NCBI GenBank assembly: GCA_027013095.1
Contig: JALUYI010000055.1
Coordinates: 7,475 to 71,474 of the forward strand
Reading direction: 5' to 3'
DNA from: Paracoccaceae bacterium
Lineage (GTDB): Bacteria > Pseudomonadota > Alphaproteobacteria > Rhodobacterales > Rhodobacteraceae
DNA length: 64,000 nucleotides
Shown: positions 10,474-20,403 of the stretch, piece by piece
Layout: every line of letters begins with the position of its first letter
Numbering within the stretch: the stretch's first letter is position 1
Position numbers and translations under genes: made by a program
The notes under the pieces: model-generated
The model's input: only the letters and a program-made list of their open reading frames with translations
Told to the model about the DNA's origin: nothing
Database searches by the model: none

Positions 10474-12776
10474 GCGTCAGCAAACCCCTGCCCCATGACG
10501 CTGCGTGTCTGCATGTGACTGGCGCGGCGCGCTATATCGACGATCTTGCCACTCCAGCGGACACGCTGCATTTGGCCTTTGGCTTGTCCACCATCGCCCG
10601 GGGGCGGATCGAGGCCATGGACCTTGACCCCGTGCGTGCCGCGGATGGCGTTCTCGAGGTCTTGACCTCGCTTGATCTGCCGGCCGACAACGATGTCTCG
10701 GCCGCCGCACATGATGAACCGTTGCTGTCAGACGGAACTATCCATTACATGGGCCAGCCGGTCTTTCTGGTGGTCGCAACAAGCCATATGGCCGCCCGCA
10801 AGGCCGCCCGTCTGGCCCGGATCGACTATTCCGAGCAGACCCCGATCCTGAGCATCGACGACGCGCTGGCAGCGGGACAGGCGTTCGAGCCGCCGCTGGA
10901 ATTCGTCAAGGGCGATCCCGAGGCCGCCATCGCCTGCGCCGCCCATGTCATCGAAGGACAGATCGAGATCGGCGGGCAAGAGCATTTTTATCTGGAAGGC
11001 CACGTTGCTCTGGCGCTGCCGCAGGAGGGGGGCGACATGCTGATCCATTCCTCCTCGCAGCACCCTAGTGAAATACAGCACAAAGTCGCCGGCGCACTCG
11101 GCCAGCCATTCAACAGCGTGCGGGTCGAAGTCCGGCGCATGGGTGGAGGATTTGGCGGTAAGGAAAGTCAGGGGAACGCCTTGGCCGTCGCAACCGCTAT
11201 TGTCGCGCAACAGACGGGCAAGCCAGTCAAGATGCGCTATGACCGGGACGATGACATGATCATCACCGGCAAACGACATGAGTTCCGCATCGACTACATC
11301 GCCGGTTTCAGTGACGAGGGCCGCATTACCGGGGTCAGCTTTACCCAATATTGTCGCGGCGGCTGGGCGCAGGATCTGACGCTGGCCATTGCCGACCGCG
11401 CCATGCTGCACGCCGACAACGCCTATCATTTGGAAAACGCCCGGATCACGTCGCATCGGTTGCGTACGAATACGGTCTCGAACACCGCCTACCGGGGGTT
11501 TGGGGGCCCGCAAGGTCTGCTGGGAATCGAGAGGGTCATCGACCACATCGCCCACGAGCTGGGCAAGGACCCCAAACAGGTGCGCGATGTCAATTACTAC
11601 CGCCCGATGAGCGACGCTGCAAAAGAGACCACCCCCTACCACATGGAAGTCACCGACTGCGTCATCAACGAGATGGTCGCAACCCTGGCCAAAACCGCAG
11701 ATTACACCGAACGGCGCCGCGCGGTTGCCAAATGGAACGCCGAAAACAAGATCCTGAAGCGGGGGATTGCCCTGACCCCGGTGAAATTCGGGATTTCCTT
11801 TACCCTGACATTCCTCAATCAGGCCGGCGCGCTCGTGCATATTTATTCCGACGGCTCGGTTCACCTGAATCACGGCGGCACGGAAATGGGACAAGGCCTG
11901 TTTACCAAGGTCGCCCAGGTCGCGGCCAGCGCCTTTGGTCTGCCGCTTACGGCCATCAAGATCACCGCAACCGACACCGCAAAAGTGCCCAACACCTCGG
12001 CAACCGCCGCCTCAAGCGGCTCGGATCTCAATGGGATGGCCGTCAAGGCGGCCTGCGATCAGCTGCGCAACCGCCTTATCCGCTTTCTGAAGGGCGAATA
12101 CGCAGTCAAGAGTCAGGATATCCGCTTTGAAGACGGGCAGGTCCGAATTTCCGGCCACGAGACCCTCAGTTTCGCCGAGGTCGCCTCACGCGCCTATCAA
12201 AACCGTGTCTCTCTGTCGGCAACCGGATTTTATGCAACTCCCGACGTTGCTTGGGACCGCCTGAAAGGGTCGGGACGACCGTTCTATTATTTTGCCTATG
12301 GCGCCGCTGTCAGCGAAGTGGTGATTGACACCCTGACCGGCGAAAACCGGATCCTGCGCACCGATATCCTGCACGATGTGGGGCGCTCGCTGAACCCGGC
12401 GCTGGACCTTGGTCAGGTCGAAGGCGGGTTCGTGCAGGGCACCGGCTGGCTGACAACCGAGGAACTGGTCTGGGACGACAAGGGCCGTCTGCTGACCCAC
12501 GCGCCGTCAACCTACAAGATTCCCGCATGCTCGGACCGCCCGGCAGAGTTCAACGTCCATCTCTGGGACAAGGGCCTCAATCAGGAGAAAACCATCTATC
12601 GCTCAAAGGCGGTGGGCGAGCCTCCGTTCATGTTGGGCACATCGGTGTTCATGGCGATTTCAGACGCAATTTCGGCCTGCGGCGACGGGCGCAGCTATCC
12701 GGCTCTGGATGCGCCGGCCACGCCGGAACGAATTCTCTTTGCGATCAAGGCCCAACAAGGGCGGGAGGGTGCATGA
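10470..12776 (+). CDS. xdhB: xanthine dehydrogenase molybdopterin-binding subunit
   Basis: 768 aa. Family motifs GGGFGGKE and YRGFGGPQG, plus the C-terminal SKAVGEPP, are visible. Confidence 0.93.
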   Translation: MSVSKPLPHDAACLHVTGAARYIDDLATPADTLHLAFGLSTIARGRIEAMDLDPVRAADGVLEVLTSLDLPADNDVSAAAHDEPLLSDGTIHYMGQPVFLVVATSHMAARKAARLARIDYSEQTPILSIDDALAAGQAFEPPLEFVKGDPEAAIACAAHVIEGQIEIGGQEHFYLEGHVALALPQEGGDMLIHSSSQHPSEIQHKVAGALGQPFNSVRVEVRRMGGGFGGKESQGNALAVATAIVAQQTGKPVKMRYDRDDDMIITGKRHEFRIDYIAGFSDEGRITGVSFTQYCRGGWAQDLTLAIADRAMLHADNAYHLENARITSHRLRTNTVSNTAYRGFGGPQGLLGIERVIDHIAHELGKDPKQVRDVNYYRPMSDAAKETTPYHMEVTDCVINEMVATLAKTADYTERRRAVAKWNAENKILKRGIALTPVKFGISFTLTFLNQAGALVHIYSDGSVHLNHGGTEMGQGLFTKVAQVAASAFGLPLTAIKITATDTAKVPNTSATAASSGSDLNGMAVKAACDQLRNRLIRFLKGEYAVKSQDIRFEDGQVRISGHETLSFAEVASRAYQNRVSLSATGFYATPDVAWDRLKGSGRPFYYFAYGAAVSEVVIDTLTGENRILRTDILHDVGRSLNPALDLGQVEGGFVQGTGWLTTEELVWDDKGRLLTHAPSTYKIPACSDRPAEFNVHLWDKGLNQEKTIYRSKAVGEPPFMLGTSVFMAISDAISACGDGRSYPALDAPATPERILFAIKAQQGREGA

Positions 12777-13723
12777 GCTTTGACCTTGACGCCCTGTGCG
12801 ATGCCATATCCCGCCACGGTCCGGTTGCCCGGCTGCTGGTGGCCGACACCTCCGGCTCAACCCCCCGCGAAGCAGGCGCGGAAATGCTGGTGTGGGAAGA
12901 CGGTCAGCATGGCACGATCGGCGGCGGCGCGTTGGAGTTTCAGGCGCTGGCCACGGCCCGCAAGGCCCTGCGCCCCGGCGCACCTGCCGGGCCGTGGTGG
13001 CGCACGCTCAACCGCATCCCGCTGGGCCCAGCTCTGGGCCAATGTTGCGGCGGCGCGGTCACGCTGTTGACCGAAAGGTTCGGCCCTACCGAAGAGGTCA
13101 GCCTTTGCCAGCTGGCGCAATCGACAACGCGGGTCAGCCGCCCTCTGCGCAGCGGTCCACCGCTTGAGGCAGCAACACACAAAAAACCCGGCCTCACCCC
13201 TAAGCACCTGACCGAAGACATCGCGCCCGCCCGTCCCCCGATCTGGATCTACGGCGCCGGGCATGTCGGCCGGGCGCTGGTCAATCTGCTGCCAAGGCTG
13301 GGATTTGACATCACTTGGGTTGATTGCACCGAATCCCGCTTTCCCGCCGACATCCCCCCGGGTGTCACTAGGCTGGTGGCCGCAGACCCGTCCCGATTGG
13401 TCCGCTACGCCCCGCATGATGCGCGCCATCTGGTTCTGACCCACAGCCATGCGCTGGATCTGGAAATCTGCCACCAGATCCTTGCCCACGGGTTTCACAG
13501 CGCCGGCCTGATCGGATCAGCCACGAAATGGGCGCGGTTTCGTGCGCGGTTGGGAAAACTGGGGCACGGCAGCGCACAGATTTCCCGCATCACCTGCCCC
13601 ATCGGCCAGCCCGATCTCGGAAAATCGCCAACAGCCATCGCGCTGGGGGTTGCCTGCGTTCTGGCACGCGAAAGCAACACACAACAGGCAATGGGTGCCC
13701 CTGCGGCGGAACTTGCGATGTGA
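12773..13723 (+). CDS. xdhC: xanthine dehydrogenase accessory (Moco insertion) protein XdhC
   Basis: 316 aa from ATG 12773 (ATGA overlap with the xdhB stop). XdhC/CoxI-type layout: N-terminal domain, then a Rossmann-like YGAGHVGRAL. The track ORF from 12527 is over-extended. Confidence 0.85.
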   Translation: MSFDLDALCDAISRHGPVARLLVADTSGSTPREAGAEMLVWEDGQHGTIGGGALEFQALATARKALRPGAPAGPWWRTLNRIPLGPALGQCCGGAVTLLTERFGPTEEVSLCQLAQSTTRVSRPLRSGPPLEAATHKKPGLTPKHLTEDIAPARPPIWIYGAGHVGRALVNLLPRLGFDITWVDCTESRFPADIPPGVTRLVAADPSRLVRYAPHDARHLVLTHSHALDLEICHQILAHGFHSAGLIGSATKWARFRARLGKLGHGSAQISRITCPIGQPDLGKSPTAIALGVACVLARESNTQQAMGAPAAELAM

Positions 13724-13973
13724 CATGCAGCCCGGTGGTTGCGTAGCCTTATGCCCGCCCACAAGCAGGCCGCCCATTCCGGCATATCGATCTCGGGCCA
13801 CCGGATCAGATCTTGTCTTGCAATGATCTCCGGGCTGGTCAAGATATCACCAGAACAAACCAGAATACCGATCTGGTGGCAGTGCAACGGCCTGCACCGC
13901 ACACCGGCAAAAGGCAACAGCAGCACAGGCCTCTCGCCCCCGAACGAGGAGGCCTGAACAGGAAGGACAAGAC

Positions 13974-15047
13974 ATGAGCCTAATCAAGATGATCGCTCTG
14001 GGCGCAACGCTCGCGCTGGGCCTCATAACAAGCTCCGCCGCAGCTGAACCCATGAAAGTCGGCTTTATCTATATCGGCCCGGTTGGAGACCTTGGCTGGA
14101 CCCACCAGCATGACGTCGGACGCCAAGCAATTGATGCCGCCTTTGGCGACAAGGTCCAGACCTCATATGTCGAAAGCGTCCCGGCCGGAAAAGATGCCGA
14201 GCGAGTCATGACGCAAATGGCTCTGTCGGGAACCAGACTGATTTTTGCCACCTCCTTTGACTACATGCGTGCGGTTCAAAAGGTTGCGAAAAAATTCCCC
14301 GATGTGAAATTTGAACACGCCACCGGCTATATGCGCGGCCCGAACATTTCTACCTATTCCGCCCGTTTCTATCAGGGTCGAACCGTGATCGGCCATATCG
14401 CCGGCAAGATGACCAAAACCAACATCATCGGCTATATCGCCTCGGTCCCCATCCCCGAGGTCGTGCGTGGAATCAATGCCGCCTATCTGGCCGCCAAAGC
14501 CGCAAACCCCAAAGTAAAATTCAAGATCATCTGGGTCCACAGCTGGTTTGATCCGGGCAAAGAAGCGGATGCCGCCAACAAGCTGATTCAAGAGGGCGCT
14601 GATATCATCATGCAGCATACCGACAGCCCCGCCGCCATGACCATCGCCGAAAAGAAAGGCGTCTATGCCTTCGGTCAGGCAACCGACATGAAAAAATTCG
14701 GCCCCCACGCCCAGCTATCCGCGATTATCGACAACTGGGGCCCCTATTATGTCAAGAGGGTCAAGGCTGTGATGGACGGAACGTGGACATCCAAAAACAC
14801 ATGGGACGGGATTGGTCCGGGCATGACCCAGATCGGCCGGTTTTCCGATGCCATCCCAGCGGATGTCAAAGCCTCGGCAAATGCCATCAAGGAGGGGCTG
14901 GCCAAGGGAACGCTCCACAGCTTTACCGGCCCGATCAACAAGCAAGATGGGTCAACCTGGCTCAAGGCAGGAGAGGTGGCCGATGATGCAACCCTCGCAA
15001 ATATGGACTTTTACGTTCAAGGTATCGAGGGCACGCTTCCCAAATAA
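13974..15047 (+). CDS. BMP-family (PnrA/Med-like) ABC transporter substrate-binding protein, probable nucleoside/purine binding
   Basis: 357 aa with a signal peptide (MSLIKMIALGATLALGLITSSAAA) and a BMP-like core (KVGFIYIGPVGDLGWT...). No permease or ATPase gene lies next to it. Confidence 0.8.
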   Translation: MSLIKMIALGATLALGLITSSAAAEPMKVGFIYIGPVGDLGWTHQHDVGRQAIDAAFGDKVQTSYVESVPAGKDAERVMTQMALSGTRLIFATSFDYMRAVQKVAKKFPDVKFEHATGYMRGPNISTYSARFYQGRTVIGHIAGKMTKTNIIGYIASVPIPEVVRGINAAYLAAKAANPKVKFKIIWVHSWFDPGKEADAANKLIQEGADIIMQHTDSPAAMTIAEKKGVYAFGQATDMKKFGPHAQLSAIIDNWGPYYVKRVKAVMDGTWTSKNTWDGIGPGMTQIGRFSDAIPADVKASANAIKEGLAKGTLHSFTGPINKQDGSTWLKAGEVADDATLANMDFYVQGIEGTLPK

Positions 15048-15098
15048 CCCGACGGCCAGAGCGCGCCTTCTTCTTTGCCAAATACTCCCGGGGGGTGC

Positions 15099-15119
15099 CG
15101 GGGGGCAGGCAGCCCCCCG
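15099..15119. terminator. GC-rich hairpin between convergent genes (candidate bidirectional terminator)
   Basis: CGGGGGGC-aggca-GCCCCCCG forms a perfect 8-bp stem with a 5-nt loop. It sits between the BMP stop (15047) and the ADH stop (15174). There is no clear U-tract. Confidence 0.4.
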
Positions 15120-15173
15120 TCCGCGGTCGAACTCAACTGCCGTCTTCGATCTACGACAGCGTTTCGAAACGCA

Positions 15174-16319
15174 TTAAAGGCAGGCCTCAAACAACGCGCG
15201 GGTGTTTTCCGCCGTCATCGTGACCGGGTTGCCACCACAGCTGGGATCGGCCAGCGCCATGTTGACCAATTCGTCCAGACGATCACGCCCAACTCCCATA
15301 TCGCTGAGGGTCTCGGGAATGCCCATCTCGGCACGAAGCGCCATCACATAGTCGTAAAACCCGTCAAAGCCACCGGCGATCCCCATGTAATCGGCGGCGT
15401 GGGCAATCCGCTCTTCGATCAGCACGCGGTTCATCCGCAGAACCGGCGGCATGACCACGGCGTTGGTGGTGCCGTGGTGCAGATTATAGACCGCACCCAG
15501 CGGGTGGCTGATGGCATGAATTGCCCCCAAGCCTTTTTGAAACGCCGTTGCCCCCATCATCGCCGCAGCCATCATCTGGCTGCGCGCCTCGATGTCGGCG
15601 CCATCCTTGTAGGCGCGCGGCAAATAATCCTTGACGATCCGCATCCCTTCAAGGGCGATACCCTGACTCATCGGGTGGAAATGCGGGCTTGAATACGCTT
15701 CAAGGCTGTGGGCAAAGGCATCCATACCGGTGCCAGCCGTGATGAACGCGGGCATTCCGACCGTCAACTCGGCATCCGCAATCACGATTGTCGGCAAAAC
15801 CTTGGGATGAAAGATGATCTTCTTCACATGGGTCTCGGAATTGGTGATGACACTTGCGCGCCCCACCTCAGACCCAGTTCCCGCGGTTGTCGGCACCGCG
15901 ATGATCGGCGCGATTGCATCGCTGTCCGCCCGCGTCCACCAGTCACCCACGTCTTCGAAATCCCAGACCGGCAGGTTCTGGCCCGACATGAAGGCCACCA
16001 TCTTGCCCAGATCCAGCCCCGAGCCGCCACCAAAGGCGATCACCCCGTCATGTTTCCCGGCATGATAGGCCGCAACGCCGGCGGCAAGGTTCTTTTCATT
16101 GGGGTTTGGATCGACATCGGCAAAAATCGCCCGCCCCAGACCGGCCGCCGCCATCAGGTCCAGCGTCTTTTTCGTCACCGGCAGTTCTGCAAGCCCCCGG
16201 TCGGTGACCAGCAGGGGGTTCTGGATCCCGGCCTCGGCGCAGGCATCGCCAATTTCGGCGATCCGTCCCGCGCCAAAGCGGATGTTCGTAGGGTATGACC
16301 AGTTTCCGACAAGTTTCAT
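15174..16319 (-). CDS. iron-containing (group III) alcohol dehydrogenase
   Basis: 381 aa. GGGSGLDLGK and the histidine-rich metal site region (AFAHSLEAY...AISHPLGAVYNLHHG) are present. Confidence 0.88.
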   Translation of the reverse strand: MKLVGNWSYPTNIRFGAGRIAEIGDACAEAGIQNPLLVTDRGLAELPVTKKTLDLMAAAGLGRAIFADVDPNPNEKNLAAGVAAYHAGKHDGVIAFGGGSGLDLGKMVAFMSGQNLPVWDFEDVGDWWTRADSDAIAPIIAVPTTAGTGSEVGRASVITNSETHVKKIIFHPKVLPTIVIADAELTVGMPAFITAGTGMDAFAHSLEAYSSPHFHPMSQGIALEGMRIVKDYLPRAYKDGADIEARSQMMAAAMMGATAFQKGLGAIHAISHPLGAVYNLHHGTTNAVVMPPVLRMNRVLIEERIAHAADYMGIAGGFDGFYDYVMALRAEMGIPETLSDMGVGRDRLDELVNMALADPSCGGNPVTMTAENTRALFEACL

Positions 16320-16322
16320 GAT

Positions 16323-17705
16323 TCAGATATTCCTCAGATGATAGGATTTCGGACGTGTGAGGTTGTGATAGCCAAGAACCGACAGGCTGCCGCCGCGACC
16401 GGTGTTCTTGCAGCCGGTCCAGCACAGGCCGGGATCGAGGTAATCGGCCCGGTTCATGAAGACGGTGCCGGTCTCAATCGCGTCGCCAATCGCCTCGGCC
16501 CGCGCCATATCACCCGTCCATAACGAAGCCGTCAGGCCGAATTCGCTATTATTCATCAGGGCGACCGCCTCAGCGTCATCCTTGACTGGCATGATTCCCA
16601 CGACCGGGCCAAAGCTTTCGTCGCGCATCACGCGCATATCATGCGTTACATCAACCAGAATCTGCGGCATCAGATATGGTCCCTCGCCGGTATCGGCGGG
16701 AAATAGCGCGGGATCAATCAGGGGGCGCGCACCTGCCGCAATCGCCTCAGCGGTCTGGGCGCGCACCTCATCGGCAATGCGCGTCTGCGCCATCGGTCCC
16801 ATGGTCGTTTCGACCTCTAGCGGATTGCCCAGCTTATAGGTGTTGACCAAGGCCACAGCCCGTTCGACAAACTCATCAAAGCGGCTCTCGGCGACATAAA
16901 TCCGCTCGATACCGCAGCAGCACTGACCCGAGTTGAACATCGCCGCATCAATCAGCGTATCAACTGCAGCCTCCATGTTGGCGTCGTCCATGACATAACC
17001 GGGGTCTTTGCCGCCCAGCTCCAGCCCAAGGCCGGTAAAGGTGCCCGCAGCGGCGTGTTCCATCATCCGCCCGCCACCGACCGAGCCGGTGAAATTGACG
17101 AAATTGAACGCCCCCGCGCCGATCAGTTTGCCGGTCGTATCGTGCGAGATAAAGAGATTCTGAAACACGTCCTCAGGAATGCCCGCGGCGTGAAAACCCT
17201 CGGCCATGCGCTCGCCCACCAGCGGCGTCTGGCTGGCCATTTTCAGGATCACCGAGTTGCCCGCGATCAAGCCCGGCGCCACGCCATTGATCGCTGTCAT
17301 AAACGGATAATTCCACGGCGCGATCACCATCACGACGCCATGCGGCACACGCTTGATATAGCGCTTGAAACTATCGCTTTCCTCAACCTCGATCGGGGCA
17401 AGGGCGCGTTCGGCGATTTCGGCCATATAGGTTGCGCGCTCATTAAAGCCTGAAAACTCGCCCCCATAGCGCACCGGTCGACCCATCTGTTTTGCCAGCT
17501 CCGGCACGATCAGATCATTCATCGCACCGACATTTTCAACCCCTTTCATCACTAGCGCAACGCGCTCCGCCAAGGGGCGGGCCGCCCAGTCTTTTTGTGC
17601 CGCGCGCGCCCTTGCGACGGCCAAAGCCGCAGCATCAGACGAGAGCAGCGGGCGTTCAACCAGAATCGACCCGTCAATGGGAGAGATACATTTCAATGTG
17701 TTCAC
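16323..17705 (-). CDS. NAD(P)-dependent aldehyde dehydrogenase
   Basis: 460 aa. Catalytic LELGGKDP and FNSGQCCCGIERIYV are present. GTG start with AGGAG 6 nt upstream. It ends 3 nt before the ADH start. Confidence 0.9.
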   Translation of the reverse strand: MNTLKCISPIDGSILVERPLLSSDAAALAVARARAAQKDWAARPLAERVALVMKGVENVGAMNDLIVPELAKQMGRPVRYGGEFSGFNERATYMAEIAERALAPIEVEESDSFKRYIKRVPHGVVMVIAPWNYPFMTAINGVAPGLIAGNSVILKMASQTPLVGERMAEGFHAAGIPEDVFQNLFISHDTTGKLIGAGAFNFVNFTGSVGGGRMMEHAAAGTFTGLGLELGGKDPGYVMDDANMEAAVDTLIDAAMFNSGQCCCGIERIYVAESRFDEFVERAVALVNTYKLGNPLEVETTMGPMAQTRIADEVRAQTAEAIAAGARPLIDPALFPADTGEGPYLMPQILVDVTHDMRVMRDESFGPVVGIMPVKDDAEAVALMNNSEFGLTASLWTGDMARAEAIGDAIETGTVFMNRADYLDPGLCWTGCKNTGRGGSLSVLGYHNLTRPKSYHLRNI

Positions 17706-17815
17706 GTCAGACTCCTGTCGTATGAGGAGACCTCGATCAAGTTTCCATCGGGGTCGTTGAAATAAACGGAATTTATCGCACCGCGCGCGCTGGTCACAGT
17801 CTGGATGTCACACAT
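17702..17815 (-). pseudogene. C-terminal remnant (37 codons) of a glyoxalase/VOC-family gene
   Basis: My own translation is MCDIQTVTSARGAINSVYFNDPDGNLIEVSSYDRSLT*. The YFxDPDGNxIE segment is the last beta-strand motif of VOC proteins, which are normally about 120-130 aa. Only 15 nt separate it from the upstream stop and it has no SD. Its stop overlaps the ALDH GTG (GTGA). Confidence 0.55.
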
Positions 17816-17829
17816 GCCCAACACCGCAG

Positions 17830-19206
17830 TCACGCCCGTTCAAACCCGCGCGCGACCTCGTAATCGGTGACAACGCGGTCAAATTCCTCGACCTCCCATG
17901 TCGCGCAACGGGTATAATGGTCAACAACATCGTCCCCCAACGCCGCGCGCAGCATGGTCGAGCCATGCAGCGCCGCGGCCGCATCGCGCAGATTTCCGGG
18001 TATGTGGTCAACCGCCTTGGCCGCGTAGGCATCGCCCGTCAAAGGATCGCCAAGCGGCAGTTTTTCCTCGATCCCTTGAAGGCCCGCCGCCAGCATCGCG
18101 GCCATCGCCAGATAAGGGTTAAGGTCCGATCCGCCGATCCGGCATTCGATCCGGACCGCCTTGGTCCCCTCGCCGCACAGGCGGAACCCGGCGGTGCGGT
18201 TATCCACAGACCACGCCGTGCCAGTGGGGGCAAATGTACCTTTTTGAAAGCGTTTGTAGCTGTTGATATAGGGCGCCAGAAACACCGTCATATCGGGGGC
18301 GTATTTGATCAGACCGGCCACATAATGACGCATCAAATCCGACATGCCGTGGGGCTTGTCCGCATCATAAAACAACGGTTTGCCGTCTTGCCACAGCGAT
18401 TGATGCACATGGCTTGAGCTGCCGACACGATCATGGTGCCATTTCGGCAGGAACGTCACGGCATGGCCCTGCTGCCAGGCGATTTCCTTGACGGCGTGCT
18501 TGGCGATGGTGTGGTTATCGGCGGTTGCCAGCGGCGCGCCATAGCGGATGTTCAGCTCCTCTTGCCCGGCCTCGGCCTCGCCTTTGGTGTTTTCAACCGG
18601 GATTCCGGCGGCGTATAGATGGTTGCGGATCGGGCGCATAATGCCCTCTTCCTTGGTGGTCTGGAGGATATGATAATCCTCGTTATAGGCGCTGATCGGG
18701 GCAAGATCACGAAACCCCCCGGCGCGGATTTCATCAAAGGATTTCTCAAACAGAAAAAACTCAAGCTCGGTTGCCATCATTGCATCAAGGCCCAGCGCCT
18801 CAAGCCGCGCAATCTGGCGCTTCAGGACCGCGCGAGGGCTGTGCGAGATCGGCTGGTGGCTGTGGTGATCCAGCACATCGCAAAGGACCATCGCCGTTCC
18901 CTCCAGCCACGGCACCGGGCGCAGGGTGGAAAGGTCCGGCTTCATCACATAGTCGCCATAGCCAGCCTGCCACGAGGTCGAGGCATAGCCGTCAGGTGTG
19001 GCCATTTCCAGATCCGTTGCCAGAAGGTAGTTGCAGCAATGGGTCTCGTGCCAGGCGCTGTCGATGAAATGCCGGGCAACAAAGCGCTTTCCCATCAGCC
19101 GACCCTGCATGTCCACCATCACGGCCAGAACCGTGTCCATACTGCCATCGGAAACCGCCAGTTTCAGCGCATCGAAAGAAAGGGGGGCTGTCGTAGGGGA
19201 GGTCAT
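17830..19206 (-). CDS. glutamine synthetase family protein (gamma-glutamyl-amine ligase type, PuuA/GmaS-like)
   Basis: 458 aa from ATG 19206 (AAGGAA SD); the track start 19227 is TTG. GS catalytic-domain motifs are visible (ELEFFLF, KGEAEAGQEELN, SSSHVHQSLW, NRTAGFR). Confidence 0.85.
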   Translation of the reverse strand: MTSPTTAPLSFDALKLAVSDGSMDTVLAVMVDMQGRLMGKRFVARHFIDSAWHETHCCNYLLATDLEMATPDGYASTSWQAGYGDYVMKPDLSTLRPVPWLEGTAMVLCDVLDHHSHQPISHSPRAVLKRQIARLEALGLDAMMATELEFFLFEKSFDEIRAGGFRDLAPISAYNEDYHILQTTKEEGIMRPIRNHLYAAGIPVENTKGEAEAGQEELNIRYGAPLATADNHTIAKHAVKEIAWQQGHAVTFLPKWHHDRVGSSSHVHQSLWQDGKPLFYDADKPHGMSDLMRHYVAGLIKYAPDMTVFLAPYINSYKRFQKGTFAPTGTAWSVDNRTAGFRLCGEGTKAVRIECRIGGSDLNPYLAMAAMLAAGLQGIEEKLPLGDPLTGDAYAAKAVDHIPGNLRDAAAALHGSTMLRAALGDDVVDHYTRCATWEVEEFDRVVTDYEVARGFERA

Positions 19207-19295
19207 CAGAGTTCCTTTGTCTTGCAAGGGGAAAGGGGCCCGTCGAGAGAGGCCCCTTTCCAGTGATTCGTCAACCGATCAGATCAAACTGGCGG

Positions 19296-20333
19296 TCAGC
19301 CATAGCGATAGGGTCGACCCGCCTTGACCATCGTCGCGTTGTAATCCTTGATGATGCCAACGACCTTGGCCTTCAACTCGGATTGCTGGGCAATTTCCTC
19401 CCAGAACTTGTGGGCCGCATCCTCCACGGTCTGCCACTCGGAATCCGGGATCGTGGTCAGCTTCAGTTTGGTGCCTTTGACCCGCAGCGAAGCCTCGCCG
19501 CCCCAGTACCACCACTGCCGGTGGAGGTGGCTGTCGTTCATGCACACCTGCAGCAGGGTCTGCAAGCGCGGCGTCAGTTCATTCCAGCGGTCCATGTTGG
19601 CAAAGAAATGCCCGATCCAGGCGCCCGAAATGTTGTTGGTCAGGAAGTATTTGGTGACGTTCGCCCAGCCCGAGGTGTAATCCTCGGTGATACCGGACCA
19701 TGCCAGACCGTCCAGTTCGCCGGTCTGCAACGCAACCTCGGCATCCTCCCACGGGATGGTCACGGGCACGACGCCGAATTGCTCCATAAAGCGACCGGCG
19801 GTCGGGAAGGTAAAGACCTTGAGACCCTTCAGATCATCGAGTGAGCGGATCGGTTTCTGCGTGGCAAAGTTGGCCGGATCCCAAGACCCCGCCGAAATAT
19901 GCTTGACCCCGACCTTGGCGTATTCCTCTTTCCAGATCTTGTCCAACCCGTACTGATTGAACAGCACCGGCACATCCAGACTGTAACGGCTGGCAAACGG
20001 GAAATAACCGCCAAAGACGGTGACCTCTGTAGGGCTGGCCATGCTATCGTCATCCGACTGCACCGCATCAATGGTGCCCTTTTGCATTGCCCGGAATAAT
20101 TCGCCTGTCGGCACAAGCTGATCCGAGGTGAACAGTTCAATCTGCATTTCATCGCCGGCAATGGCGTTGAATTTTTTCACCATCGGGGTGATCACCTGTT
20201 CGGCCAACGCAGGGCCGGCATAGGTTTGCAGGCGCCACTTGATCTTGGGCCCGGCGGCCATGACGGCCGGCGCCGCCAGCGTGGCCGCGGCGCCGATCCC
20301 GGCTGAGGTTAAGAATTTGCGTCTGGAAGTCAT
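19296..20333 (-). CDS. dctP: TRAP transporter substrate-binding protein (DctP superfamily, COG4663/TauK-like subgroup)
   Basis: 345 aa with a twin-arginine-like leader (MTSRRKFLTSAGIGAAATLAAPAVMA). It is followed on the same strand by dctM/dctQ-type partners. Confidence 0.88.
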   Translation of the reverse strand: MTSRRKFLTSAGIGAAATLAAPAVMAAGPKIKWRLQTYAGPALAEQVITPMVKKFNAIAGDEMQIELFTSDQLVPTGELFRAMQKGTIDAVQSDDDSMASPTEVTVFGGYFPFASRYSLDVPVLFNQYGLDKIWKEEYAKVGVKHISAGSWDPANFATQKPIRSLDDLKGLKVFTFPTAGRFMEQFGVVPVTIPWEDAEVALQTGELDGLAWSGITEDYTSGWANVTKYFLTNNISGAWIGHFFANMDRWNELTPRLQTLLQVCMNDSHLHRQWWYWGGEASLRVKGTKLKLTTIPDSEWQTVEDAAHKFWEEIAQQSELKAKVVGIIKDYNATMVKAGRPYRYG

Positions 20334-20403
20334 GATAACTCTCCTTGTTGGGTTATGATTTCAGGTCATTGCCTGTCTGCACGCTCCGTCAACGGAGTTC
20401 TGA

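Noticed and set aside
13724-13973. Possible purine riboswitch or small gene in the 250-nt gap before the BMP binding-protein gene.
   Set aside because: No resemblance to the guanine/adenine riboswitch core that I can recall. The only ORF (13495-13926, minus) overlaps the xdhC end and has an implausible composition.
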